Source: an uncultured delta proteobacterium
Lineage (GTDB): Bacteria; Myxococcota_A; Polyangia; Palsa-1104
Direction of reading: 5' to 3'
Length of the DNA: 64,000 nt
Assembly (NCBI GenBank): GCA_963785725.1
Contig: CAWAWS010000007.1
Coordinates: 768,001-832,000 of the forward strand
Below the pieces are notes generated by a model, which saw only the letters and a program-made list of their open reading frames with translations, was not told the origin of the DNA and did not search any database. A program made the position numbers and the translations under genes. Positions within the stretch are counted from its first letter, which is position 1. Each line of letters opens with the position of its first letter. Positions 32,460 through 42,013 of this stretch are shown here, one piece after another.

Positions 32460-32966
32460 TCAGGGCTGGCCGGCGTCGAGCCACTTGCTGATGCGCAAGC
32501 GGTCTTCGCACGTCGGGAACGGCATGTTGATCGGCATCTCGTCGTTGGCGCCGACCTCGGTGCGAATCATCGAGCCGTACATCTTCACGGCCGCTTGCTG
32601 ATCCCAGTTGTAGCCGGCGGGCGCGCCGTTGCGCGCCGTGTCGCCCACCAGCGTCGACGAGTGGCAGCGCGTGCACCACTGCGCGAAGAACGGCTTCGCG
32701 TAGGTCGCCCACGTGTCGCCGCCGATGTTGTCGCCCGGCGCCGCGACGGGCGAGGTGAGCGCCGCGCAGCCGTTGGCGAGCACCATCGTCATGTCGCCGC
32801 TCGCGGCCGTGCCGCCACCGCCGGCCGTGCCGCCGCCGCCTGCGGTGCCGCCGCCGCCGCCACCGGCTACGCCGCCGCCGCCCGCTGCGCCGTCTTTTTC
32901 CGACGAGCCGCCGCTGCCGCCACAACCCGCGAGTAACAGAAGAGCGATAGGGATAATCTTATGCAT
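32460..32966 (-). CDS. Lipoprotein with a single c-type heme motif
   Basis: Lipobox LAGC; Gly-rich linker; WCTRCH (CxxCH); distal MP motifs. Confidence 0.7.
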   Translation of the reverse strand: MHKIIPIALLLLAGCGGSGGSSEKDGAAGGGGVAGGGGGGTAGGGGTAGGGGTAASGDMTMVLANGCAALTSPVAAPGDNIGGDTWATYAKPFFAQWCTRCHSSTLVGDTARNGAPAGYNWDQQAAVKMYGSMIRTEVGANDEMPINMPFPTCEDRLRISKWLDAGQP

Positions 32967-33025
32967 GGTGATTTTCATTCTACATGTGATGGGCGAATGC
33001 CGGTAAATGTTACGTAAGGATAAAG

Positions 33026-33655
33026 ATGACTGCGCTCAACGTTCGCGGATGCTTAATCTTATTTGTCATTGGCGCGGGTGGGTGCGGTGACGACACGACT
33101 GCCAAGCCCGATATGGCAGTCCCGAATATCGATATGTCCATTACGGCGTCGGCAGGCTGCGCGCTTTATTGCGACACGATTACCAAGGCCTGCTCCGGCG
33201 GGAATGACGCCGGATCCTTCGCGCAATTTACATATCCGGATGAAACGAGCTGTGTCGCGTATTGCAATGGAAATGGCGATTGGCCGGCGGGAACGACTGG
33301 TGCTTCGACTGGCAATACATTGGCCTGTCGCGGGACGCATGCCGAAGCAGCGTTGACGAATCCGGCAACTGAGTGTGCCAATGCCGGACCATCGGGAAAC
33401 AATACGTGCGGAACTTGGTGCGAGGATTTTTGCTATCTAATGGAGAAGAACTGCACCGGCAGTAATGCCATTTACGACGCGCCGACGTGCCTGCAAAAGT
33501 GCGCGACGATGCCGGCGACGGGAACGGCCGGCGACGTCAGCGGCGACACGGTGCAGTGCCGCATTTACCATATGGGCGTGGCCTTCGACGATCCCGTCAC
33601 GCATTGTCCGCACGGCCGCACGCTCGCCGACAATCCCGACGGGCCGTGCATGTAG
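33026..33655 (+). CDS. Cys-rich lipoprotein with two internal repeats of about 80 aa
   Basis: AAGGA RBS; lipobox-like GGC; repeats CxxYC...GNTLACRGTH and CEDFC...GDTVQCRIYH. Confidence 0.7.
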   Translation: MTALNVRGCLILFVIGAGGCGDDTTAKPDMAVPNIDMSITASAGCALYCDTITKACSGGNDAGSFAQFTYPDETSCVAYCNGNGDWPAGTTGASTGNTLACRGTHAEAALTNPATECANAGPSGNNTCGTWCEDFCYLMEKNCTGSNAIYDAPTCLQKCATMPATGTAGDVSGDTVQCRIYHMGVAFDDPVTHCPHGRTLADNPDGPCM

Positions 33656-33701
33656 CGGTGCCGGAGAGGGTGGCGTCGCGAACGCGCCGGCTACGATTGG
33701 C

Positions 33702-33980
33702 TCAACGAGACGGGAGCGTGTGGCTGACCTCGCCGGCGAGATCGGGCGTCGCCAGCGCGGCCATCGAGCGATCGGGATCCATCAGCGCCTGACCGCTCGA
33801 GCGCACGAGGCCGCGCAGGAGCGTCTTCCACGCCGCCGCCTCGGCGACGCGCGCGCCGCGATCGGCCGAGCGCGTCGTCAGCGGTGATGCCGCGCGGCTC
33901 GCGTCGAGGCCGGCGTTGTCGGCGGCGGCGAAGGCGGGAGCGGCGACGAGCATCGACAACAGCGTGAGCGCTTTGAGCAT
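33702..33980 (-). CDS. Small secreted hypothetical protein
   Basis: Signal peptide ending PAFA-A. Confidence 0.45.
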   Translation of the reverse strand: MLKALTLLSMLVAAPAFAAADNAGLDASRAASPLTTRSADRGARVAEAAAWKTLLRGLVRSSGQALMDPDRSMAALATPDLAGEVSHTLPSR

Positions 33981-34050
33981 GGCGGCAAGGCTAGCAGCCG
34001 CACACGATCGAGCAAACGAAAGCGCCCGCCGAGAACCAAAAAGCGCGAAG

Positions 34051-34548
34051 TCAGCGACGAGGGGCAGGTCCGCTCGGGTTGCCGAGCCGCGTGGTGTCGT
34101 AGAGCAGCGTCACGAGCAGCGTGAAGAAGCGGCGCGCCGTGCCGTGATCGGGCTTGAGCGCGCCCAACAAAGAGACCACGGTCTCACCGGCTTCGTCGTG
34201 CGTGATGCGCTTGGCGATGTCGAGCGCCTCCAGCCGCGGCGAGTTGGCCGAGACGCCGAGCTTGGCCATCTCGCCGATCGTCTCCATATATTCGGCCATG
34301 AGCGGGCGCAAGGCCGACAGCGGCAGCTCTTGCTGGGCCGTCAGGTGGCCGTCCGCGCCGCGCACTTCGACGACTACTCGCGTTGGCGCCAAGGTGACGG
34401 TCGCGCGCGCTTCACCGTCGGGCAGCACGAAGCGACCCTCTTGCAGGATCTCGTTGATCGCCAGCCGCCACTCGTGTCTGCGCACGGTCGTGCCCGCAGA
34501 CCAAGTCGCATCGTCGATTAGAAGCTCCTTCAGGCGCCCCGCCGGCAT
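34051..34548 (-). CDS. UPF0262 family protein
   Basis: HEWRLAINEIL, LEALDIAKRITHDEAG, DHGTARRFFTL. Confidence 0.78.
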   Translation of the reverse strand: MPAGRLKELLIDDATWSAGTTVRRHEWRLAINEILQEGRFVLPDGEARATVTLAPTRVVVEVRGADGHLTAQQELPLSALRPLMAEYMETIGEMAKLGVSANSPRLEALDIAKRITHDEAGETVVSLLGALKPDHGTARRFFTLLVTLLYDTTRLGNPSGPAPRR

Positions 34549-34608
34549 CCAAGCGACGATAGCATGTTAGGCTGGCCCGACTCTTCAGCGATGTGGTAGG
34601 AGCACGAT

Positions 34609-35904
34609 ATGGCCAAGGACACGTTGACTGTTACGGACAATCGCACCGGCAAGAGCTACGAGCTGCCGGTGACCGACGGAACGATTCGCGCGACCGACCT
34701 GCGCCAGATCCGCGTCGACGCCGATGACTTCGGACTCTTGTCCTACGACCCGGCTTATTTGAACACCGCGTCCTGTCGCTCGTCGATCACGTACATCGAC
34801 GGTGACAAGGGTATCCTGCGGTATCGCGGCTATGACGTGGCCGATCTGGCCGAGAAGTCGACCTACCTCGAGGTCGCCTATCTCGTGCTTTATGGAGAGC
34901 TGCCGACCAAGACGCAGCTCGCCGAGTTCACGAACGAGATCACGATCCACACGTTCTTGCACGAGAACATGCGGCGCTTCATCGACGGCTTCCGTTACGA
35001 CGCGCATCCGATGGGCATGCTCATCGCCAGCGTCGCCGGGCTCTCGACGTTCTATCCCGAGGCCAAGGACGTCAAGAACGACGCGAATCGCAAGCAGCAG
35101 ATCATCCGCATGATCGCCAAAATGCCGACGATCGCCGCCTGGTCGTATCGCCACTCGGTCGGCTTCCCGCTCGTCTATCCCGACAATCACCTGTCGTATC
35201 CGGCGAACCTCTTGTCGATGATGAAGCGCATGGCCGAGCCGCGCTACGAGGCCAACCCGGTCATCGAACGCGCGCTCGACGTGCTCTTCATCCTGCACGC
35301 CGATCACGAGCAGAACTGCTCGACGTCGGCGATTCGCACGACCGGCTCGTCGATGGTCGACCCGTATTCGGCGGTCGCTTCGGCGGCGGCGGCGCTCTAC
35401 GGCCCGCTGCACGGCGGCGCCAACGAAGCCGTCCTCGTGATGCTGAAGGAGATCGGCAGCATCAAGAACGTGCCGGCGTTCATCAAGGACGTCAAAGAGG
35501 GCGAAGGCGGCAAGCGCTTGATGGGCTTCGGCCACCGCGTCTACAAGAACTACGATCCGCGCGCTCGCGTCATCAAGAAGCTGGCCGACGAGGTCTTCGA
35601 GGTCACGGGCCGCTCGCCGCTGCTCGAGATCGCGCTCGAGCTCGAGCGTATCGCGCTGCAGGACGACTACTTCGTCAAGCGCAAGCTCTACCCGAACGTC
35701 GACTTCTATTCGGGCCTGATCTATCAGGCGATCGGCTTCCCGCTCGACATGTTCCCGGTGCTGTTCGCGATTCCGCGCACCGCGGGCTGGCTGGCGCAGT
35801 GGGAAGAGATGCTGCGCGATCCCGAGCAGAAGATCGCCCGTCCGCGCCAGATCTACACCGGCGCCGGCGAGCGCAAGTACGCCGCCATCGAGACGCGCCG
35901 ATAA
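34609..35904 (+). CDS. gltA: Citrate synthase
   Basis: SITYIDGDKGILRYRGY, HPM, HADHEQNCST, HGGANE, GFGHRVYK, PNVDFYSG. Confidence 0.96.
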   Translation: MAKDTLTVTDNRTGKSYELPVTDGTIRATDLRQIRVDADDFGLLSYDPAYLNTASCRSSITYIDGDKGILRYRGYDVADLAEKSTYLEVAYLVLYGELPTKTQLAEFTNEITIHTFLHENMRRFIDGFRYDAHPMGMLIASVAGLSTFYPEAKDVKNDANRKQQIIRMIAKMPTIAAWSYRHSVGFPLVYPDNHLSYPANLLSMMKRMAEPRYEANPVIERALDVLFILHADHEQNCSTSAIRTTGSSMVDPYSAVASAAAALYGPLHGGANEAVLVMLKEIGSIKNVPAFIKDVKEGEGGKRLMGFGHRVYKNYDPRARVIKKLADEVFEVTGRSPLLEIALELERIALQDDYFVKRKLYPNVDFYSGLIYQAIGFPLDMFPVLFAIPRTAGWLAQWEEMLRDPEQKIARPRQIYTGAGERKYAAIETRR

Positions 35905-35918
35905 AAGGAAGTGGCAGC

Positions 35919-36974
35919 ATGAGGCTGGGCGCGCGCTGGATGAGCGAAGTCGGCGGCCTCGTCGACGGCGTCATCCTGCGCGCGATGCATCGGCGCGCCG
36001 AGCGCGACGTTCCCGCGTCGCGCTACGATCAGCGGCAGCTGCTCTCGGAGCTGACCTCCTTCTACAAAAAATTGGGCGATGGGCTGTTTCCCGAGCCGGC
36101 GGCGATCGCGCCGTCTGCCGAACGGCGCGGCAGCCTGCCCGACGACGGCGAGATCGTCGACGTGGCCTGGCCGAGCGGTTATCAGCCGTTTTGGGAGCGC
36201 GCGCGGGCCTCGTACAACGCCTGGGAGCCGAATCGGCGGGCGTGCGCGCGGCTCTTTCGTCACGCGCGCGAGCCGGGCCAGCCGAAGCGGCCGCTCATCG
36301 TGCTCGTCCATGGCTACGGCGCGGGGCAGTTCTTCATCGAAGAGCGCGCCTTTCCCGTGCGCTGGCTGTATTCGCTGGGGCTCGACGTCGCGCTCTTCAC
36401 GCTGCCGTTTCACGCGCTGCGCGGCGGCAGCGGCGCGCCCATCTGGCCGTCGGTCAATCCGACGCGCACCAACGAAGGCTTCGGCCAGGCCATCTACGAC
36501 TTGCGCGCGCTCCTGCGTTGGCTCGATCCGCCGAAACGCGCCGTCGCCGGCATGAGCCTCGGCGGCTACACGACGTCGCTGTTGGCGACGATCGAGCCGC
36601 TCGATTTCGCCTGCGCCATCATCCCCGTCGCCAGCTTTCCCGACCTGTTTTGGGAGCACGGCGAAGGTCGGCCGGAGCGGCAGCGCGCCGAGCGCGAAGG
36701 CATCACGCTCGAGCTGTTGCGCGCGGCGATGGCGGTGCACACGCCGCTCCTGCGCGCGCCCAAGGTGCCGCCCGAGCGCATGTTGGTGCTGGCGGCGGCC
36801 GGCGATCGCATCGCGCCGCCCGAGCACGCCGAGCGGCTGGCGAAACACTTTCGCTGCCGGCAAGAGACGTTCGCCGGCGGGCACATCCTGCAAGTCGGGA
36901 GGCGACACGCGTTCGGGACGCTCGCCGAGCAGCTGGCCGCCTGTGGCCTCATCGCGCGGCGGCCGCAGTCGTGA
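35919..36974 (+). CDS. Alpha/beta hydrolase
   Basis: VHGY, nucleophile motif GMSLGG, DRIAP, GGH. Confidence 0.8.
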   Translation: MRLGARWMSEVGGLVDGVILRAMHRRAERDVPASRYDQRQLLSELTSFYKKLGDGLFPEPAAIAPSAERRGSLPDDGEIVDVAWPSGYQPFWERARASYNAWEPNRRACARLFRHAREPGQPKRPLIVLVHGYGAGQFFIEERAFPVRWLYSLGLDVALFTLPFHALRGGSGAPIWPSVNPTRTNEGFGQAIYDLRALLRWLDPPKRAVAGMSLGGYTTSLLATIEPLDFACAIIPVASFPDLFWEHGEGRPERQRAEREGITLELLRAAMAVHTPLLRAPKVPPERMLVLAAAGDRIAPPEHAERLAKHFRCRQETFAGGHILQVGRRHAFGTLAEQLAACGLIARRPQS

Positions 36975-37064
36975 GCGCCGCGCGTGCGGCGCGTCCTTCC
37001 GTTCACGCCGCCTCTTAGTGTACGCTCGCCGGATGGCGGTCTATCGCGCGCCGTCGCGCGACTG

Positions 37065-37625
37065 ATGGCGGAGCTCAAGGGCACCGGGTTCGCTTCGGCG
37101 ACGGCGGCGCTGCGCGAAGTGGCGGGCGAGACGGCGTTTACGCGCATGGTGGCGACGCTGCCGCCGGCGACGCAAGCGCTCGTGCACAAGCCGCCCTTGC
37201 CGATGACGTGGGTGGAGGCGGTGCGCTTCGCCGAGCTCTTGCAGGCGGCGGCGCGCGAGCTGCTCGCCAACGACGAGCGCCGCGCCCAAGCAGCGGCGCG
37301 CGTGGCGATGGGCAACGATCTGCGCGGCGTCTACAAGATCTTCATTCGCCTCTTGTCGCCGACGTACGTCATCTCGCGCGGCGCCAAAATGTGGGACACC
37401 TACGCGCGCAACAACGGGACGATGCGCTCCGAAGCCGTCGGTGAGCGTGCCGCCGAGGTGCATTACGACGGTATCGCGCCCGAGCTGTCGTTCCCGATGT
37501 ATTGGGCCTGGCAGCGCGGCGTCTTGCAGGCGGTCGGCGAAGCCACGGGCATCAAGAACGTGCGCATCGAGACGGTCAGCGGTGGCGGCCATCTCGGGCA
37601 ATGCGTCTTGCGCGCCAGCTGGTAG
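37065..37625 (+). CDS. Myxobacterial DUF2378/V4R-like protein
   Basis: LKGTGF, PMTWV, WDTY...G, GVLQA...G pattern, ending CVLRASW. Confidence 0.5.
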   Translation: MAELKGTGFASATAALREVAGETAFTRMVATLPPATQALVHKPPLPMTWVEAVRFAELLQAAARELLANDERRAQAAARVAMGNDLRGVYKIFIRLLSPTYVISRGAKMWDTYARNNGTMRSEAVGERAAEVHYDGIAPELSFPMYWAWQRGVLQAVGEATGIKNVRIETVSGGGHLGQCVLRASW

Positions 37626-37630
37626 CGACT

Positions 37631-38359
37631 TCAGCCCAAGAAGCGGTGCGCGGCCTCGCGTCCGTCGTCGATGGCGCGCTCGATGCCGTCGCGGTCGAAG
37701 CTCCAGCTCGCCAGCGCCAGCGGTCGCGGCGGATGGATGACGTGCACGCGCGCGCCGGCGACGCGCGGCTGCCAGCGACGGCGCCACGGCGTCTTTACGC
37801 TCAGCCCGGTGGCGCGGCTGACGACGGCCACGATCTCGACGGCGCCGCGCGCGGCCAGCGGCTCGATGGGCAAGTTGTCGCTCAGCCCGCCGTCGACGAG
37901 CCAGCTGCCGCCGTGCCGCACGGGACGACCATAGAGCAGCGGAAAGTAGCAGGATGCCATGAGCGGCGCGGTCATGTCGGGCTCGTGGCGCGTCGAGAAC
38001 ACGATCGTCGCCAGGTCCGACACGCGCGTCGCCGTCACCAGCGCTTCGACCGGCCGCGCGCGTAAGTCGGCGACGGGACCGAGCGCGTCGGCGAGCGCCG
38101 TGCGCACCAAGTGGCTCATGTCGAAGACGGAGCGGTTCCACAACGCGCGGCGGAACGAGACGATCGAGCGGCCGGCGAGCGCGCGCCACACGGCCGGCAA
38201 GTCGGCGGCGCGGCCGGCGGCGAAGGCGGTGGCGATGAGCGAGCCCGACGACGCGCCGGCGGCGAGCGCGATGGGCAGGCCGCGCTCGGCCAGCGTCGCG
38301 GCCACTCCGGCGTGAAAGGCGGCGCGGCAGGCGCAGCCTTCGAAGGCGACGGCGAGCAT
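37631..38359 (-). CDS. Patatin-like phospholipase
   Basis: Variant Gly loop EGCACRA, GASSG, ASC, VDGG. Confidence 0.85.
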   Translation of the reverse strand: MLAVAFEGCACRAAFHAGVAATLAERGLPIALAAGASSGSLIATAFAAGRAADLPAVWRALAGRSIVSFRRALWNRSVFDMSHLVRTALADALGPVADLRARPVEALVTATRVSDLATIVFSTRHEPDMTAPLMASCYFPLLYGRPVRHGGSWLVDGGLSDNLPIEPLAARGAVEIVAVVSRATGLSVKTPWRRRWQPRVAGARVHVIHPPRPLALASWSFDRDGIERAIDDGREAAHRFLG

Positions 38360-38457
38360 GGCGCAGCATAGCCGGAAGTCGGCGCGTGCGGGGATTGCGC
38401 GCCCGCTGTCACCTCGGCGAAAGATGGGGCACTAACCGAGTCGGAGCCAGGGGAGCC

Positions 38458-39069
38458 ATGACGAAAATCTTGTGCGTAGCGGCAATCGTGATCGCCGGGT
38501 GTGGCGGCGGCAGCAGCAGTCACGGCAACGCGGGCGGCGGCGGCGCGGCGGGCGGCAGCGCCGGCGGCGGCAACGCAGGCGGCGGCGGCGGTGGCAACGC
38601 CGGTGGCGGCGGCGGCGGCGGCTCGACGTCGACCGACATGGCCACGCTCGGCACCGGCAGCTTCATGTGCGGCGCCATGTCCTGCGGCGCCGGCACGCAG
38701 TGCTGCATCGTCGGCACGACGCCGAGCTGCGAGACCGCCTGTCCCGACGGCGGCATTCCGGCCGCGTGCGCCGCCCCGTCCGACTGCAAAGCCGGCAGCG
38801 CCTGTTGCGTCTCGGCGACGACGAGCTTCACGGTCGAGGGCATCGCATGCGAGGCCTACGCCAGCTGCGTCCCGCACGCCGACCCCTCGGGCATCCAGAC
38901 GCGCGCCTGCTCGCAAAACAGCGACTGCACCACCACCGACGGCACGTCGACGAGCAACAACGGCACCGCCTTCCCGACCTGCTGCACCAACGTGCAAACG
39001 CAGCAGCACGTCTGCTTGAGCCAGGAGGCCTTGCTGTTGCTGCCGGCGAACTCCTTTACCTGCCCGTAA
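38458..39069 (+). CDS. Gly/Cys-rich lipoprotein
   Basis: GGAG RBS; lipobox IAGC; poly-Gly linker; Cys-rich domain with CC motifs. Confidence 0.7.
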   Translation: MTKILCVAAIVIAGCGGGSSSHGNAGGGGAAGGSAGGGNAGGGGGGNAGGGGGGGSTSTDMATLGTGSFMCGAMSCGAGTQCCIVGTTPSCETACPDGGIPAACAAPSDCKAGSACCVSATTSFTVEGIACEAYASCVPHADPSGIQTRACSQNSDCTTTDGTSTSNNGTAFPTCCTNVQTQQHVCLSQEALLLLPANSFTCP

Positions 39070-39087
39070 GTAAACGGTCGTTTACTT
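39068..39087. terminator. Short inverted repeat between convergent genes
   Basis: AAGTAAACG-GT-CGTTTACTT. Confidence 0.35.
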
Positions 39088-39095
39088 GGCTTGGC

Positions 39096-41906
39096 TTATT
39101 TAGCTTCGCTTGCCAAGAGCGCGACCGGGAAGTCGCCGAACAGCGCGCGTAAATCCAGGGTGGCGCCGGCGTTGACGCGGCGGCCGGTGACGGCGTCGAC
39201 GTAGCGGCCGCGCAGCCGCTCGGGCAGCTGCACGCGGCCGCGCCAGTCGATCGCCTTGCCGCCGGCGCGATCGGAGAGCTGCAGCGTCAGCCGCGGCACG
39301 ACGCACAGCGCGTGCTCGTCGGCGTGCACGCGCGCGAAGGCGACGACGTGGCCGGCGTCCTCGCCTTCGGCGCTCAGCGCCACGTATTCGCCGTCGGAAA
39401 ACAGCGGACCGCGCGCGCGCCGCAGCCGCAGCGCCTCGCGCACCAAGAGGAGCTTGGCGCGACCGTCGACGAGCGCGCTCGGCTGCGCCAGCTCGCGCGC
39501 CAGCTGCAGCCGCGAGGCGTCGCCTTCGGCAAGCCGCCGCGTCAGGCCGTCGAGCAGCCTGCGCCGCAAGGCGTAGTCGACCGGGCGGCGATTGTCGGGA
39601 TCGACGAGCGACAGGTCCCACAGCTCGCAGCCTTGATAGACGTCGGGCACGCCCGGCGACGCCACCTTCAGCGCCACCTGCGCCAGCGACGACAAGCGCG
39701 CCGCCGCCGCGATGCGCCGCGCAAACGGCGTGAAGTCGGCGAGGAACGCGCGCGACGACAAGAGCTGCTGCGCGAACGCGCGCGTCGCCTGCTCGTAGGC
39801 TTCGTCGACGTTGGTCCAGCTCGAGTGCACCTTGGCCTCGCGCAGCGCCTTCTCGAGATAGAGCCCGATGCGCTCGCGATATTCGTCGCTCGGCCCATGG
39901 TCGGGTGGGTCGGGAAAGGTGCCGATCAGTGTCTGATAGACGAGCAGCTCGTCGTTGGCGTCGGGCTGAATGTCGCCTTCGTGCTCGCTCTTGAAGGGCG
40001 CTGCTAGCTTGGCCCAGGTGCGCAGCCGCTCGGCCCATTCGCCCGGCGCCTCCGACAAGGCGTCGATGCGCAGCCGCGTGTCTTCGCCGCGTTTCGTGTC
40101 GTGCGTCGCGGTCGTGTTCAGCGAGCCCGGCCAGTCGCGCAGTCGCGCGCTGTTCTGCGCGTGGAACTCGGCCACGCTGTACCCGAACTTCTGCGGGTCG
40201 CCGCCCACTTCGTTGAGCGACACCAGCCGCTGGTAGATGTAGAACGAGGTGTCCTCGATCGCCTTGGCCGTCACCGGGCCCGACACTTGCTGCAGCTTGC
40301 GCACGAACTCGAGCGACTCGGGCGTCGGATCTTCGAGCAGCAAGATCGAGCGCAGATAGTCGTAGATCGAGCGGTTGAGATCGCGCGAGCCGCGCTTGGC
40401 CGCGCGAATCGTCGCTTCGATGTATTGCCGATCGCGCTGCTCGATGGACGCGCCGTCGTTGCCTTCGACGTAGGTGCGATAGATCGGCAGCCGCGCCACG
40501 TATTCGCTCAGCGCCTTGGTGAGCGCGTTGAGCGTGAAGTCGCGCGTGCGGCGGTTGCCCTCGCTCAGCCGGTTGAGCCGATTGCCGAGCACGTTCACTT
40601 CCGACGCCATCGACGAGCGCATCAACACTTTCTTCTTCTCGTAGACGAGCTGCGCGAAGTTGTGGGCGCTGCCGGTGAAGCGCGCGTACAGCTCGTCGAA
40701 GGCGCCGGCGTTGCGGCTGTCGACGAAGAGGCCGTTGACGGCGTTCAAGAATTCGTAGCCGGTCGTGCCCGCGACCTGCCACGACGAGGGCATCTTCTCC
40801 GTGCCTTCCAAGATCTTCTCGACGATGACGTAGAGCCCGTCGAACTCCTGCTGCAGCCGCCGGAAATAGGCCGACGGCGCGTACAGACCGTCGGGATGGT
40901 CGATGCGCAGGCCGGTCACTTTGCCGTCGCGGATGAGCTGGAACACCAGGCGATGGGCGTCGTCGAAGACCTGCGGATCTTCGACGCGAATGGCCGCCAG
41001 CGTGTTGATGTCGAAGAAGCGGCGATAGTTGATCTCCTCGCCGGCGACGCGCCAATGGGCCAAGCGATAGGCCTGCGCGTCGAGCAGCTTTTCCAAAAGG
41101 TCGAAGCTGCGCGGGTCGCCCGGCCGGCCGTTGAAGATCGTGATCATCTCGTCGGCGTAGCGGGCGATCGGCGGGCACGCCTCGAACAGCGCCGCCAGCC
41201 GTCGCTTGGCCACCTCTTTTTCGCGCGCGCGCTCCTGAACCTTGTCGGGCTCGGGCTCTTCGCGCGGCGCCAGCTTGCCGAGCGACGTGAGGATGCTCTC
41301 GAGCTCCTGCATGTTGACGTCGTTGACGCCGAGCTCGGCGCGCAGGCGGTCCAGCTCGTGGCCGAGCAGAAACGGCACCCAGCGCGGCGTAATCGGAAAG
41401 TGGTTGTCGTAATAGTCGACGAAGAACGCGCCGCCCGAGCGCGACAGCTGCAGCTCGCCGCGCTCGAGCACGTCGCCGAACTGATCGCCCAAGATCGGCA
41501 CCAGCACCTTGGCCGTCAGCTCGCGCTTGATCGGACCCCAATCGACGTCGAAGTAGGGCGCCGAGACGCTCGACGGGCCGTTCTCGAGCACGTCGAGCCA
41601 GCGCGCGTTTTGCGGGCCGATGCCCATGTGGTTGGGCACGAAGTCGCACAATTGGCCGAGGCCGGCGGCTTTGACGGCGGCGCACAGGTCGTCGTAGCCG
41701 TCGGCGCCGCCGAGCTCGTCACGCAGCGCGTTGTGATCGGTGACGTCGTAGCCGTGCGTCGAGCCTTGCGCCGCGGAAAACGGAGGCGAAACATAGACAT
41801 CGGTGACGCCCAGCTCGGCGAGATAAGGCACGAGCTTCGCGGCTTCCCGAAAGCCGAACCGGGGTGTGATCTGCAATCGATAGGTCGACAGTGGCCGGCG
41901 GCGCAT
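39096..41906 (-). CDS. treY: Malto-oligosyltrehalose synthase
   Basis: STYRLQ, GSTHGYDV, DFVPNHM, INYRRFFDIN, GLRIDHPDGL, VEKIL, ATHDTKRGED, LVDPDNRRPVD. Confidence 0.96.
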   Translation of the reverse strand: MRRRPLSTYRLQITPRFGFREAAKLVPYLAELGVTDVYVSPPFSAAQGSTHGYDVTDHNALRDELGGADGYDDLCAAVKAAGLGQLCDFVPNHMGIGPQNARWLDVLENGPSSVSAPYFDVDWGPIKRELTAKVLVPILGDQFGDVLERGELQLSRSGGAFFVDYYDNHFPITPRWVPFLLGHELDRLRAELGVNDVNMQELESILTSLGKLAPREEPEPDKVQERAREKEVAKRRLAALFEACPPIARYADEMITIFNGRPGDPRSFDLLEKLLDAQAYRLAHWRVAGEEINYRRFFDINTLAAIRVEDPQVFDDAHRLVFQLIRDGKVTGLRIDHPDGLYAPSAYFRRLQQEFDGLYVIVEKILEGTEKMPSSWQVAGTTGYEFLNAVNGLFVDSRNAGAFDELYARFTGSAHNFAQLVYEKKKVLMRSSMASEVNVLGNRLNRLSEGNRRTRDFTLNALTKALSEYVARLPIYRTYVEGNDGASIEQRDRQYIEATIRAAKRGSRDLNRSIYDYLRSILLLEDPTPESLEFVRKLQQVSGPVTAKAIEDTSFYIYQRLVSLNEVGGDPQKFGYSVAEFHAQNSARLRDWPGSLNTTATHDTKRGEDTRLRIDALSEAPGEWAERLRTWAKLAAPFKSEHEGDIQPDANDELLVYQTLIGTFPDPPDHGPSDEYRERIGLYLEKALREAKVHSSWTNVDEAYEQATRAFAQQLLSSRAFLADFTPFARRIAAAARLSSLAQVALKVASPGVPDVYQGCELWDLSLVDPDNRRPVDYALRRRLLDGLTRRLAEGDASRLQLARELAQPSALVDGRAKLLLVREALRLRRARGPLFSDGEYVALSAEGEDAGHVVAFARVHADEHALCVVPRLTLQLSDRAGGKAIDWRGRVQLPERLRGRYVDAVTGRRVNAGATLDLRALFGDFPVALLASEAK

Positions 41907-42013
41907 CTTCTAGGTCGTAAGCGCGCGCACCCAGCCGACCATCCGGTTGCAGCCGGAACATTGGCGCTTATTTGCACAACAACGGCCTTCCAAAGGACAT
42001 TCAGCTTCCCCTT

